Numbered from the stretch's first letter, positions 9,041-18,285 are shown. The stretch is DNA of 39,100 bases from Candidatus Woesearchaeota archaeon (GCA_016185805.1 JACPMW010000009.1:1-39100), one strand, 5' to 3'. Program-made: numbers and translations. The notes: generated from the letters alone by a model not told the origin.

Positions 9041-9760
9041 TTAAAATAACTTAAATCCCCTGCTTTCTGTTGTTCCTATTACGCCTCCATCAACAATCTT
9101 GAACAATATCTCTTTTTCCTCTCCAATGCTCCTGTGCTTTTTCAATATCGCTCTTCGGTTTCCATTTGGGGTTATCTGCAGTTCAATCAGGCATTTGCTG
9201 CCATACTTCAAAATGTCTCCCCCGACTATATTGACCTTGTCTTTGGTGTCAAAATCAGCATATACCTGGTTTGCAATCAGGACAGGAATATTTTTTTTCC
9301 TTGCAATCTCAGTCAGGTAAGATATCTGCTTGCTAAGCTCGATATTCACTTCATGTATGTCCTCATTCTTTCCCAGCTCCAGCCTGTAAAGCATCGCTAT
9401 AGTGTCAACGATTATCAGTCCAATCTTGTCATTGACAACGCTTTTTAGCTTCTCAAATGATTTTTTTTGCTCAGCAAAGCTTGTCGGCTTCAGAAAAATG
9501 ATATTGTCAAGCAGCTTTTTGTAATCTTGGCTTATGTGGGAAGCTATCTGCTTCAGCCTCTCAAGAGAAAACCCTCCCTCGCAGTCAACGTAAACAACCT
9601 TTTTGCTGTCCTTTGCCACGTTTACGGCGCAAAGAATGCAAAGGACAGTCTTGCCGGAGCCCGCCGGCCCGTATATTGTAGTTATCACATCCTTTTCATA
9701 GCCGCCCTTCAGCATCTCGTCAAGCACCTTGCTTCCGGTTGCCAGCTTGTTGTCCTCCAT
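9041..9760 (-). CDS. radB: RadB-type RecA-superfamily ATPase
   Basis: Length is 239 aa. LDEMLKGGYEKDVITTIYGPAGSGKT carries the Walker A motif, followed by VVYVDCEGGFSLERLKQI and LIIVDTIAMLYR (Walker B). Size and layout match archaeal RadB rather than RadA, because there is no N-terminal HhH domain. Confidence 0.8.
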   Translation of the reverse strand: MEDNKLATGSKVLDEMLKGGYEKDVITTIYGPAGSGKTVLCILCAVNVAKDSKKVVYVDCEGGFSLERLKQIASHISQDYKKLLDNIIFLKPTSFAEQKKSFEKLKSVVNDKIGLIIVDTIAMLYRLELGKNEDIHEVNIELSKQISYLTEIARKKNIPVLIANQVYADFDTKDKVNIVGGDILKYGSKCLIELQITPNGNRRAILKKHRSIGEEKEILFKIVDGGVIGTTESRGFKLF

Positions 9761-9845
9761 TCATGGAAGATGCTTTAGCTATTTTATAAAACTTGTTCTA
9801 TTTTTTTCGGGAAAATTTAAATAAGGACATGATATCTTTGCCCAT

Positions 9846-11102
9846 ATGTCAGTCCCATTGTATATTAAGATTTTGCTGTGGAGTTCTTACCTCATCTCAT
9901 TATATTTCGCTATTTTCTGGTTTCTTGTTTTGCTGGACAAAGAGCAAAAGCCAAAAGCAAAAAAGCTAAGCAAATTCCCAAAAGTCAGCATAGTTATACC
10001 AGCTTATAATGAAGAAAAAAACATAACTACAACATTAAAGTCATTGGTTAGTCTTAATTATCCAAAAAACAGGCTTGAGATAATTGTTGTGAATGACGGC
10101 AGCAAGGACAATACAAAAAATGCTGTCAGCAGGTTTATAGCGGAAAACAGGAAATTTGACATCAGGCTGCTAAACAAGAGAAATGAAGGCAAAGGGGCTG
10201 CGCTGAATGACGCTTTGAAGATTGCAAAAGGAGATTTCTTTGTGTGCCTTGATGCAGACTCAATCGTGACAAGGGATGCGCTGTCAAAAATACTGCCGCA
10301 TTTCACAGATGAGAATATTGCTGTTGTGCTTCCTCTGCTGAAGGTCGAGAAGCCGAAGAATTTGTGGCAGAAGATGCAGTGGCTTGAGTACATCATCAAC
10401 ATGTTCTACAAGAAGCTCATGAGCAGGCTGAATTGTGTGCATGTATCACCAGGCCCGTTTTCAGTTTATAGGACTGGTATATTAAGGAAAGTTAATGGCT
10501 TTGACGAGGACAATCTTACAGAGGACTTGGAGATAACCTTGAGGCTGCAGAGCAAAAACTATAGGATAGTGCAATTGCTTGATGCAGAAGTATTCACCCT
10601 TGCTCCAAAAACATTCAGGGAGCTGTATAAGCAGAGAAACAGGTGGTACAAAGGCTCTGTCATTAACGCATTCAAATACAGGCACATGATGTTTAACAAA
10701 AAGTATGGGGACTTTGGCATGATACAGATGCCCACAATTATTGTGTCAGGGTTGATCGCAGTCATTCTTGTGTCATCTGCCATCTACTATGGGCTGAAGC
10801 CTTACTTCAAGGCTTTGTACAACTCCTTCTTTATAGATTTTGATTTTTACACTTTGATGAAAACATTCAAATTTGATTTCAGCCTTTTGGACCTGAATTA
10901 CATGGCCATACTGGTTGCCCTTATAATGCTGTCAATCACAATCTTTATAATAAGAAAATCGCATGCAGAGACTAATGAGAACCCAAAAAGGCATGGATTC
11001 TTCTCGCTGATTTCCTATATATTCTTCTATTTCTTGGTGATAGGGTTTATATGGATTGGCATAATATTTGACTTGGCGTTTGGCAAAAAACAGAAGTGGT
11101 AG
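9846..11102 (+). CDS. membrane-integrated processive family-2 glycosyltransferase (NodC/IcaA/chitin-synthase-like)
   Basis: Motifs are VSIVIPAYNEE, VVNDGSKDNT, LDADS, TEDLE and QRNRWYKG (QxxRW). There is an N-terminal TM helix and a C-terminal TM bundle. Confidence 0.85.
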   Translation: MSVPLYIKILLWSSYLISLYFAIFWFLVLLDKEQKPKAKKLSKFPKVSIVIPAYNEEKNITTTLKSLVSLNYPKNRLEIIVVNDGSKDNTKNAVSRFIAENRKFDIRLLNKRNEGKGAALNDALKIAKGDFFVCLDADSIVTRDALSKILPHFTDENIAVVLPLLKVEKPKNLWQKMQWLEYIINMFYKKLMSRLNCVHVSPGPFSVYRTGILRKVNGFDEDNLTEDLEITLRLQSKNYRIVQLLDAEVFTLAPKTFRELYKQRNRWYKGSVINAFKYRHMMFNKKYGDFGMIQMPTIIVSGLIAVILVSSAIYYGLKPYFKALYNSFFIDFDFYTLMKTFKFDFSLLDLNYMAILVALIMLSITIFIIRKSHAETNENPKRHGFFSLISYIFFYFLVIGFIWIGIIFDLAFGKKQKW

Positions 11103-11103
11103 C

Positions 11104-11793
11104 ATGAGAAGCTTAAGCAAAGACAAATACATTATCGCAGGGCTGATCACCCTTGGAATATTTCTTTTGGGGCTTTTCCTTGGATTGGCTATAGAGGGCA
11201 AAAGGGTCAATTACATAGAATCAGCCGGCAAAAGGCAAAATCTTGACTTTAGCAGCCTGCAGCTGCAGTATGCATTCATAGACCAGCTGAGCCAGGAGAA
11301 AAATTGCCTTGCTGTGCAGAAAACCTTTGAGCAGAACATAAACAATCTCGAGTCAACCAGGATAAGGCTTGAGAATTTTGACAGAGATGCCACTTTAAAC
11401 AAGAACGAGCTGGACATCTTGAAGAACGAATACATACTTGCCCAGATAAGGTACTGGCTCCTTGCGGAAAGGACACGGGAGCTTTGCGGCGCTGATGTTG
11501 TGAGCATCCTGTATTTTTTCTCTGACGAAAAGGAATGCCCTGATTGCGAGAGACAGGCATTTGTATTGACTTACTTAAAGAAGAAATTTGAGGACAAATT
11601 GCTAATATTTTCCTTTGATTCAAAATTTGAATCAGAGCCTATGATACCCCTGCTTAAGAATACCTACAATGTCTCGAGCTATCCTACTATTGTTGTAGAA
11701 GGCAGGCCCAAAAAAGGTTTTCAGGACAAGGACATCATTCTAAAAGAGCTGTGCAGCTATTACAGGGAAAAGACTGAAGACTGTGCAAAATGA
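11104..11793 (+). CDS. membrane-anchored thioredoxin-fold protein with CPDC motif
   Basis: I prefer the ATG at 11104 (MRSLSKDKYIIAGLITLGIFLLGLFLGL, an N-terminal TM helix) over the track start at 11068, which overlaps the GT2 gene. FSDEKECPDCERQAF carries a CxxC motif in a thioredoxin-like context. Confidence 0.55.
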   Translation: MRSLSKDKYIIAGLITLGIFLLGLFLGLAIEGKRVNYIESAGKRQNLDFSSLQLQYAFIDQLSQEKNCLAVQKTFEQNINNLESTRIRLENFDRDATLNKNELDILKNEYILAQIRYWLLAERTRELCGADVVSILYFFSDEKECPDCERQAFVLTYLKKKFEDKLLIFSFDSKFESEPMIPLLKNTYNVSSYPTIVVEGRPKKGFQDKDIILKELCSYYREKTEDCAK

Positions 11794-13080
11794 TCTTCAA
11801 GAACAAATTAATTTATTTAATTATACTTGTGTTTTTCATTGCCAAGCTATTCACACTATCAGCTTACAAGGCAATTTGGTGGGATGCTTCTGTGTATATT
11901 GGCATGGGCAAATACATTTATTCTCTTGGAAATGCTGGATTGTGGGAGCCCTCAAGGCCTCTGATATGGCCGCTTATGCTTGGATTATTGCCAAAGTTCG
12001 GGGTTCTGGCTGGAATGGTGCTGGACATAGTTTTTGGAAGCCTTGTTATCTTTCTGACCTACTTGATAGGAAAAGAAATATTTAGCGAGAAAACAGGGCT
12101 ATTTGCGGCTTTTTTGCTTGCAATCTCCCCCACATTCTTCTTCTTCAACGGAATAATGCTCACAGAAATTGTCTCGACCTTTTTTTCCCTGTTGGCTGTC
12201 TATCTTTTGCTTAGGAACAAGCACTTTCTTTCAGGAGTTTTTTTTGGAGCTGCATTCCTAACAAGGTTTTTGCAGTTGCTTGCATTTATAGCCGTTGTTC
12301 TGGCATTAATATACAATAAAAAATTCAAATCCAAAATATTTCTTGGCTTTGCAATAGCGGTTTTGCCTTATTTGATTGCCAACCAAATATTGTACAATAA
12401 TGCGCTTTTTCCATTTTTTCAGCAATTATTTTACGGAGCTGTTCAGGGAAAACTTCCTCTATCTGCTGTTCATAGCTGGAATTGCATTGCCATTCAAAAA
12501 GCCAAACAGCAGATTTATTGTATTCCCTTTGATTATACTATTTTTGTTTTTTAATATTATCAGGCAAAAAGAGGTGAGGTTTTTGATTATGCTGCTGCCT
12601 TATATGTATTTGCTTGTATCTTATGCTTTGGTATATTTTATAGACCTTAAAAACTCCTTTAAGAATGCTGTAATATTTTTGATACTGGCTTTATTCATTC
12701 TTTCTGCAATAAGAATATCAATATTTCTTGATTCAGAATCAAATAAATCTGATAAATACGAGGCTTTGCAAAGCAGGCTTGAAGAGGCAAAAGGCAATAT
12801 ATGGATTTCAAGCCCCATAATAGCTGCAGAAAGCGGCAAAAAAATCAGCAAGCTTGTGTATTATCCGGTATTTTGGCAGGACTTTGATGAAACGCTCCTT
12901 GAATCAAAGAAAGCTGACTTCATATTCCTTGACACATGCGATTTGGACTGCAGGCCATTTGACTTGGAATGTGGGGATAACAAGAAAAAAATGATAGCTT
13001 TCTTTAAGCAGAATTTTAACCAGATTTATTCAAAACAAGGTGATTGCCAGCAGTTTGTTTTTAAGAGATATAGCAAATGA
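11790..13080 (+). pseudogene. GT-C fold (PMT_2/ArnT-like, GT39/83-type) glycosyltransferase split by a +1 frameshift
   Basis: Two overlapping ORFs (11790..12554 and 12376..13080) are both multi-TM. The first starts like the GT-C family (AIWWDASVYIGMGKYI, then SPTFFFFNGIMLTE). The hydrophobic reading continues in the +1 frame (YFTELFRENFLYLLFIAGIALPF). The frame switch most likely lies in the T-runs at 12406-12419. An ATGA overlap joins it to the upstream gene. Confidence 0.5.
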
Positions 13081-13111
13081 CACAACTTTTTAGACATAGA
13101 AATGTCATTTG

Positions 13112-13189
13112 CTTGTCGAAAATCAAAGATTTTCGAGCATGCTCGGAAATTGTAACAATCCATTATATATTTTTGCAATTTCCGACATA
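13112..13189. repeat. dispersed palindromic element, copy 2
   Basis: The sequence cttgtcgaaaatcaaagattttcgagcatgctcggaaat...gcaatttccgacata contains the perfect 12-bp palindrome cgagcatgctcg. It lies in a convergent intergenic region. Confidence 0.7.
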
Positions 13190-13269
13190 TTACGAGAAGA
13201 CAACAATTCCTCTCCAAGAGGGCTTTGAACTCTGTTCAAAAGTCTAATAACTTTTGTCTTCGAGTATAG

Positions 13270-13725
13270 TTATTTCTTTATTTTAATAAAATCCCCCAAT
13301 GTAAAGCCTTCAATGCTTTTCCTGCCGGACTTGAAAGCATCCTCTTTGTACTCCTCAACCAGTTTTATCCCAAGGAATTTCTCGAGCTTTCTTGCCAGAT
13401 TGATAGGAGGTGCAAAAGCCCCTGTTTCTATCTTGCTTATGATAACCTCTTTTTCATTTATCCTGTTTGCAAATTCTTTTTGTGTCAGTCCCATTGATTC
13501 CCTTTTTTTCTTTATGATTTCAGGATAATCTTCAACAATTAATTCAGTTTTTTCTTTTTCCTCCCTTTTTTGGAGCTGCATGTGCTGCTCTTTTGGGCTT
13601 GGCCGCTTGGGAGCAGAAATGACTTTTCCAAACTTGGCGCAGTCAGCGCAGACGTCTAAATTAACTCCTTCAATTATCGCTTTTGCCAGGCTTTCTGTTG
13701 TCTTTCCGCACAGGTCGCAATTCAT
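13270..13725 (-). CDS. mbf1: archaeal multiprotein-bridging factor 1 (Zn-ribbon + XRE-type HTH)
   Basis: An N-terminal CxxC...CxxC zinc ribbon (MNCDLCGK...VCADCAKFG) is followed by an HTH (MGLTQKEFANRINEKEVIISKIETG). Length is 151 aa. Confidence 0.85.
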   Translation of the reverse strand: MNCDLCGKTTESLAKAIIEGVNLDVCADCAKFGKVISAPKRPSPKEQHMQLQKREEKEKTELIVEDYPEIIKKKRESMGLTQKEFANRINEKEVIISKIETGAFAPPINLARKLEKFLGIKLVEEYKEDAFKSGRKSIEGFTLGDFIKIKK

Positions 13726-14034
13726 TTCTAATCACCGATTATGGTTATGATTATTCTTCTATTATTTCTAGGTTATATGGTCCAATTGATAAACGCGACC
13801 TTATATATTTTACTTATCAGTAAAATACTTTATAGTCTTCAAAATATATATTTCAGTAGCACTGCCCACTGGACATTCCCCGACGTAGACTATTTAAACT
13901 CATTCTACCATTTTTTGATAATTTTTGAGATTTTAAATCAACTTAAAATATCTCGACTGTTAAATTATAATTTTTGTTATAACTATATAAAAATCATTTA
14001 GATAGTCTCAATTAAGAAAACTTAGTGATTTAAA

Positions 14035-15222
14035 ATGAATAATCAAAAAATCGGAAATTTAGAATCGCTTAATAAGCAAGTCTATGATGAAATCCATTGG
14101 TGGCAGTTTCCTTTAGCCGAATTTTCGATTAAATTAAATAAAAATTTTAAAGATATATTTTTTAATAAAATTATATCTAAAAGAAGCAAATCTTTAGAGT
14201 TTGCCTCTTATATGAACAATAGATCTAAAAAATATCATAAAGACTGGAATTTCAAGAGACAAAGAGCACTTATTTGGGACTATAAAATCAATGCCGAATT
14301 TGTGCCAGCATGGTTTGTTTATGAATCTGTTATGTATTTAAAAATGGATTTGCTAGAAATAGAAGAAAATATAATAGCATATTTAACTTTTAGGGGTAGA
14401 ACTATAGTTCATCCGAAATTACCTGTAGAGGTTAAACCCGAATTCTCAAGTTTAATTGCCCACATGATATGTGATGGAACTGTAAGAGAAGATAGATTCT
14501 TTTACTTCCAAAAGGATAAAGATGGATTGAAAAGGTTTATAGAACTAATTCAGAATGTATTTGGAAACTATTCTACAAATCCTCAAAGAGGTCACACAGT
14601 TCCTTTGATTTTTAAAGAAGTAATATCCTCCTATTTTAAAGCATCTAAATTTGGAAGTCTAGATTGCAACTTAACAAACAAAATTTTTGAGCTTCCTCGA
14701 TTGCATAAAGTGGCAATTTTAGCTGGAGCCCTATTGGATGATGGGCACTCTGTGTCATGCATTAGATTTTATACTGCTAGTTTGGATTTTGCTCAAAGTT
14801 TAAAAAGGCTTTCAGAATCTATTGGTTATAAATGTACACCCATAATTAAAAGAAAACCTGATGCCGAAAATTGGCATAATTTATACACGTTTAATATCTC
14901 CGCTGAAAGCATACCTAAGTTCTACCAAGACCTTACAGAACTATTTGAACTCTATCCAAAACTACATATAGGGAAGAAATATGATAATATCAGAAAATTT
15001 GTTGAAATAAAAAACAGAGCTTGGGAACAGAGGGCTAAAGGGGAAACTATAAAAATAATTTTAGACACTCTAAAAGAAAATGGAAGAAGTGCTCAAGAAC
15101 TAAGTGAAATAACAAATACTTCTTTATGGACAGTTTATCATCATTTACAAAAACTTATAAAAAGAGGAAAATTAACTAAATTCAAAAAATATAAGGATAC
15201 ATTTGTTTATAGGTTAGTTTGA
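14035..15222 (+). CDS. free-standing double-motif LAGLIDADG homing-endonuclease-like protein with C-terminal wHTH
   Basis: There are two LAGLIDADG-type helices, LIAHMICDGTV and LAGALLDDGHS, about 100 aa apart. The C terminus reads RSAQELSEITNTSLWTVYHHLQKLIKRGKL (wHTH). The gene and its upstream 300 nt are visibly far more AT-rich than the flanks. Confidence 0.7.
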   Translation: MNNQKIGNLESLNKQVYDEIHWWQFPLAEFSIKLNKNFKDIFFNKIISKRSKSLEFASYMNNRSKKYHKDWNFKRQRALIWDYKINAEFVPAWFVYESVMYLKMDLLEIEENIIAYLTFRGRTIVHPKLPVEVKPEFSSLIAHMICDGTVREDRFFYFQKDKDGLKRFIELIQNVFGNYSTNPQRGHTVPLIFKEVISSYFKASKFGSLDCNLTNKIFELPRLHKVAILAGALLDDGHSVSCIRFYTASLDFAQSLKRLSESIGYKCTPIIKRKPDAENWHNLYTFNISAESIPKFYQDLTELFELYPKLHIGKKYDNIRKFVEIKNRAWEQRAKGETIKIILDTLKENGRSAQELSEITNTSLWTVYHHLQKLIKRGKLTKFKKYKDTFVYRLV

Positions 15223-15621
15223 TGCTACTATGGTTACTATTATTTTACGGTTACTTCTAGGTCCATCGAGTTCGCAAAATTGAAGTGCCTGCCACCGTCC
15301 TAACGCTAGTTTACCATTTTTTATTGGTATCGTCTCGCTTGGCCCCAAAATTGCTGATTTTATGTGGGAGTCTGCGTTGCCGTCAATCCTGTCATGCCTC
15401 CAGATTCCGCTTGGGATAAGCTTGCTTAATGCATCAAGCAGGTCAAGGCATATATTCGGGTCATAGTTCTCATTTATAATTATTGCTGCTGTCGCATGCG
15501 CTGCAAAAACACTGCAAATGCCGTTTTTTATCTTTGATTTTTTAAGGATGGAACTGATTTTGCCTGTTATGTCTATCAATTCCTGCTTTTTTCCTGTTGA
15601 TATTGTGAATTCTTCCTGCAT
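15214..15621 (-). CDS. yjbQ: YjbQ/UPF0047 family protein (secondary thiamine-phosphate synthase-type)
   Basis: ELIDITGKI, CSVFAAHATAAIIINENYDP, DGNADSHIKSAILGPSETIPI and GRWQ... form the characteristic YjbQ pattern. Length is 135 aa. Confidence 0.85.
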   Translation of the reverse strand: MQEEFTISTGKKQELIDITGKISSILKKSKIKNGICSVFAAHATAAIIINENYDPNICLDLLDALSKLIPSGIWRHDRIDGNADSHIKSAILGPSETIPIKNGKLALGRWQALQFCELDGPRSNRKIIVTIVASN

Positions 15622-15675
15622 AATGCAAGTATTGATTAATAATATTTAAATATAATCTAAAGATAATCTGTTTCT

Positions 15676-16158
15676 ATGAAAGTAATATGCGTTACAGGCA
15701 TCCCGGCCACTGGAAAGACAACCATAGCCAAGAAACTGGCTGAAAAATACCATTTTCAAAATTTTGATGTCAGCAGGGCTGTTGCTAAATACAGACTGGC
15801 AGAAGGCTATGACAAAAAGAGAAAGACAAAAGTAATAGATACCAAAAAGCTGAACAAGTTTCTTATTAATCATATTAGCCAGCTTAAAGCAGATAAAAAA
15901 ATAAGAGGGATAATAATTGACTCGCACCTCTCTCATTATTTGCCCAAAAAATATGTTAATCTGGTTGTCGTCACAAAGTGCGATATCAAAGAGTTGAATA
16001 AAAGGCTCAAAAAAAGAAGATATTCACAAGACAAAATAAAGGAGAATCTGCAGGCAGAGATATTTAACATTTGCTGCAATGAGGCTTTTGAAGGAAAGCA
16101 CAAAATCATTGTTATAGACACAACAAAAGGCTTTAATATAAACAGGATAAAAATATAA
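15676..16158 (+). CDS. fap7: Fap7/AK6-type nucleoside kinase (ribosome-biogenesis adenylate kinase)
   Basis: VICVTGIPATGKTTIAKKLAEKY is the P-loop. IIDSHLSHYLP...LVVVTKCDIKELNKRLKKRRYSQDKIKENLQAEIF matches the Fap7/AK6 C-terminal pattern. Length is 160 aa. Confidence 0.8.
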   Translation: MKVICVTGIPATGKTTIAKKLAEKYHFQNFDVSRAVAKYRLAEGYDKKRKTKVIDTKKLNKFLINHISQLKADKKIRGIIIDSHLSHYLPKKYVNLVVVTKCDIKELNKRLKKRRYSQDKIKENLQAEIFNICCNEAFEGKHKIIVIDTTKGFNINRIKI

Positions 16159-16160
16159 AA

Positions 16161-16529
16161 ATGAAGATAAAGATTGTGTCTGGGGAAATTTCCGCAGTTG
16201 CTGATATTAAGAACACTCCAACAGCAAAAGCTGTTTACAATGCTTTGCCTATTGAAGCATCGGCAAACAGGTGGGGAGACGAGATTTATTTCCCGATTCC
16301 TGTCAAGCTTGATGCCGAGCCGGATGCAAAAGATGTAGTTGGGCAAGGGGATGTTGCATATTGGCCTGAAGGAGCATGCTTCTGCATATTCTGGGGAAAG
16401 ACTCCTGCATCAAAAGGCAATGAGATACGGGCTGCTTCTGAAGTGAATGTGTTTGGCAAAATAAAAGGAGATGCAAAGGTTTTTGAAAAAATCAAGAATG
16501 GAGACTTGATTATTCTTGAAAAAGCATGA
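16161..16529 (+). CDS. cyclophilin-like superfamily protein (PF04126-type)
   Basis: Length is 122 aa. The pattern NTPTAKAVYNALPIEASANRWGDEIYF...GDVAYWPEGACFCIFWG is typical of the small archaeal/bacterial cyclophilin-like family. It starts 2 nt after fap7. Confidence 0.65.
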   Translation: MKIKIVSGEISAVADIKNTPTAKAVYNALPIEASANRWGDEIYFPIPVKLDAEPDAKDVVGQGDVAYWPEGACFCIFWGKTPASKGNEIRAASEVNVFGKIKGDAKVFEKIKNGDLIILEKA

Positions 16530-17644
16530 AAAAGCAGATTTCAGGCATAGACCTGCATTTTTTATTGAAAGAGTTTGAGATACTTAAAGATTCAAGGATA
16601 GACAAGATTTACCAGCCTGAAAAAGAATTGGTAATTTTAAGCCTGTACAAGACAAATGCAGGCAAGAGGCTTTTGAGGATAGAAACAGGAAAATCAATTT
16701 TCATAGCAGAGCAAAAAGAAGCCTATGAAGAGATTCTTGGCTTCGGCCAGTTCCTAAGAAAGCATCTGGATGGGTATTTCTTAATTGGCATTGGGCAGCT
16801 CAAGCCCGAGAGGATATTGAAATTAATTTTCAAGGCAAAAGGCGAGAGAAAATATCTTTACATTGAAATGCTTGGCAAGGGGAATGCGATATTATGCGAT
16901 GAAAATAATATAATTTTGAATGCGCTTGAGCAGCACGATTTCAGGGAAAGGTCAATAAGGCCGAAGCTGAAATATTCATATCCAATGATGAGCTACAATT
17001 TGTTTGATTTAAAGGAAGATGATATTTTCAAGATGCTTCAGGAATCCAAAAAAGAGTCGCTAGTCATTTCTTTGGCCACAGAATTGGGCTTAGGTGGTCT
17101 TTATTCTGAGGAAATTTGCCTGTTGTCCGGCATTGACAAAAACATCATGCCAAAAAATGTTGATGAAAAACAGTCTCATTTAATGCTAAATTCAATAAAA
17201 AAAATAATCAGCCATGAGATTGATGCAAAAGTAATTCTTGAGAATGGTAACGTCATTGATTTCATTCCGTTTGAATTTGAATATTATCAGGACAAAAAAT
17301 ATGCCAAAAAATCATTCAACACATTCAATGAGGCAGTTTCATTTTTCTATTCCCAATTCAAGGAATTGAAGGAGACAGAGCAGGAAAAAAGAATAAAGTC
17401 CTTGCAAAGGATAATCGGGCAGCAGAAGCAGACAATTGAAGAATTGAGGAAGGAAGAGCATGAGTCAAGGCAGAAAGGCGAGTTGATTTACCACAATTAC
17501 CAGCTGATTAAGGAAGTTTTGGATGAGTTGAACAAGGCAAACAAGAAATATTCCTGGAAGGAAATCAAAGAGAAATTGAAAGGGCATAAGACAATCAAGG
17601 AGCTTAACGATAAAGACAGGAAGGTTGTGGTGGAGATAGAGTAA
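16526..17644 (+). CDS. NFACT-N (FbpA/Rqc2-RqcH N-terminal) domain protein, short form lacking NFACT-R
   Basis: MKKQISGIDLHFLLKEFEILKDSRIDKIYQPEKELVILSLYK is an NFACT-N start. An HhH-like segment LATELGLGGLYSEEICLLSGID follows, then a coiled coil. The protein ends at 372 aa without a DUF814/NFACT-R domain. Confidence 0.75.
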   Translation: MKKQISGIDLHFLLKEFEILKDSRIDKIYQPEKELVILSLYKTNAGKRLLRIETGKSIFIAEQKEAYEEILGFGQFLRKHLDGYFLIGIGQLKPERILKLIFKAKGERKYLYIEMLGKGNAILCDENNIILNALEQHDFRERSIRPKLKYSYPMMSYNLFDLKEDDIFKMLQESKKESLVISLATELGLGGLYSEEICLLSGIDKNIMPKNVDEKQSHLMLNSIKKIISHEIDAKVILENGNVIDFIPFEFEYYQDKKYAKKSFNTFNEAVSFFYSQFKELKETEQEKRIKSLQRIIGQQKQTIEELRKEEHESRQKGELIYHNYQLIKEVLDELNKANKKYSWKEIKEKLKGHKTIKELNDKDRKVVVEIE

Positions 17645-17666
17645 GGACAGAAACAATAGCTTTCCG

Positions 17667-18029
17667 CTATAATTTTTTATATCCAAATTTCTTATCATAC
17701 TCTTTGTGATCCATAAACTCAAGAAGGACAGAAATGATCTCAAATTCATTGCCCACGATGGTGTAGAGTATTCTCCAATATCCTGGCAAGTCTATTTTCC
17801 ATAAGTTTGTTACTCCATACTGAGCGACATATTCTTTTGGAATTTTGCTCTTCTCAATCTGGGTGCCCCTGTGCATGTCAACGCGGAGGTTGCCTTCCTC
17901 CCGTTCAATGGCCTTAAGAAGCTGCCTGTGAAATTTACCGTCTTTTTCCTTGACAGCTTCGCGGAGCTTTTTTAGCTGCTCTTCAAAGAGCGGAGAATGC
18001 CTCACCCTAACAGCCTTGGAAGTCTTCAT
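17667..18029 (-). CDS. RelE/ParE-superfamily toxin-like protein
   Basis: Length is 120 aa. The C terminus LWKIDLPGYWRILYTIVGNEFEIISVLLEFMDHKEYDKKFGY resembles the RelE/ParE/YoeB core (xxRxxY...beta strand...H..Y). It starts 1 nt after the stop of the upstream wHTH gene. Confidence 0.55.
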   Translation of the reverse strand: MKTSKAVRVRHSPLFEEQLKKLREAVKEKDGKFHRQLLKAIEREEGNLRVDMHRGTQIEKSKIPKEYVAQYGVTNLWKIDLPGYWRILYTIVGNEFEIISVLLEFMDHKEYDKKFGYKKL

Positions 18030-18030
18030 C

Positions 18031-18285
18031 CTATATGCTATTCTCCAATAATTTCTTCATCTTGGGGCTTTCGTTATGCACCCAGAGGACGCCTTTGCTT
18101 CCTGTCATAATAACTCCCTTATCTTCCAGATAGTTCAGAATGATATTGAGTGTTTGCCTCATAACCTGCTTGGGAAGGCGCCTTTGCAGTTCGCTTTTGG
18201 AGATGGCAAGTTCAGCATTCTTTAGCACTTCCTCTACCATGAGGACAGTGTCCAATCGCGGGTAATGCAGTACTTCTTGCGGCAT
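18031..18285 (-). CDS. small winged-helix DNA-binding protein (putative antitoxin/regulator)
   Basis: Length is 84 aa. ISKSELQRRLPKQVMRQTLNIILNYLEDKGVIMTGSKGVLWV fits a helix-turn-helix plus wing. It is the first gene of a two-gene operon with the RelE-like ORF. Confidence 0.55.
   Translation of the reverse strand: MPQEVLHYPRLDTVLMVEEVLKNAELAISKSELQRRLPKQVMRQTLNIILNYLEDKGVIMTGSKGVLWVHNESPKMKKLLENSI

Noticed and set aside
12376-12554. Reading the two GT-C ORFs as genuinely separate overlapping genes
   Set aside because: A 179-nt overlap is implausible. The hydrophobic, TM-like translation switches frame at a T-run, so a frameshift is the simpler explanation.
13741-14001. 86-aa ORF in the AT-rich region upstream of the LAGLIDADG gene
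   Set aside because: It is an Ile/Leu/Tyr/Asn-rich translation typical of random AT-rich DNA, with no motif and no plausible start context.
15646-16346. Minus-strand ORFs 15646..15936 and 15936..16346
   Set aside because: They are antisense to the well-supported fap7 and cyclophilin-like genes.
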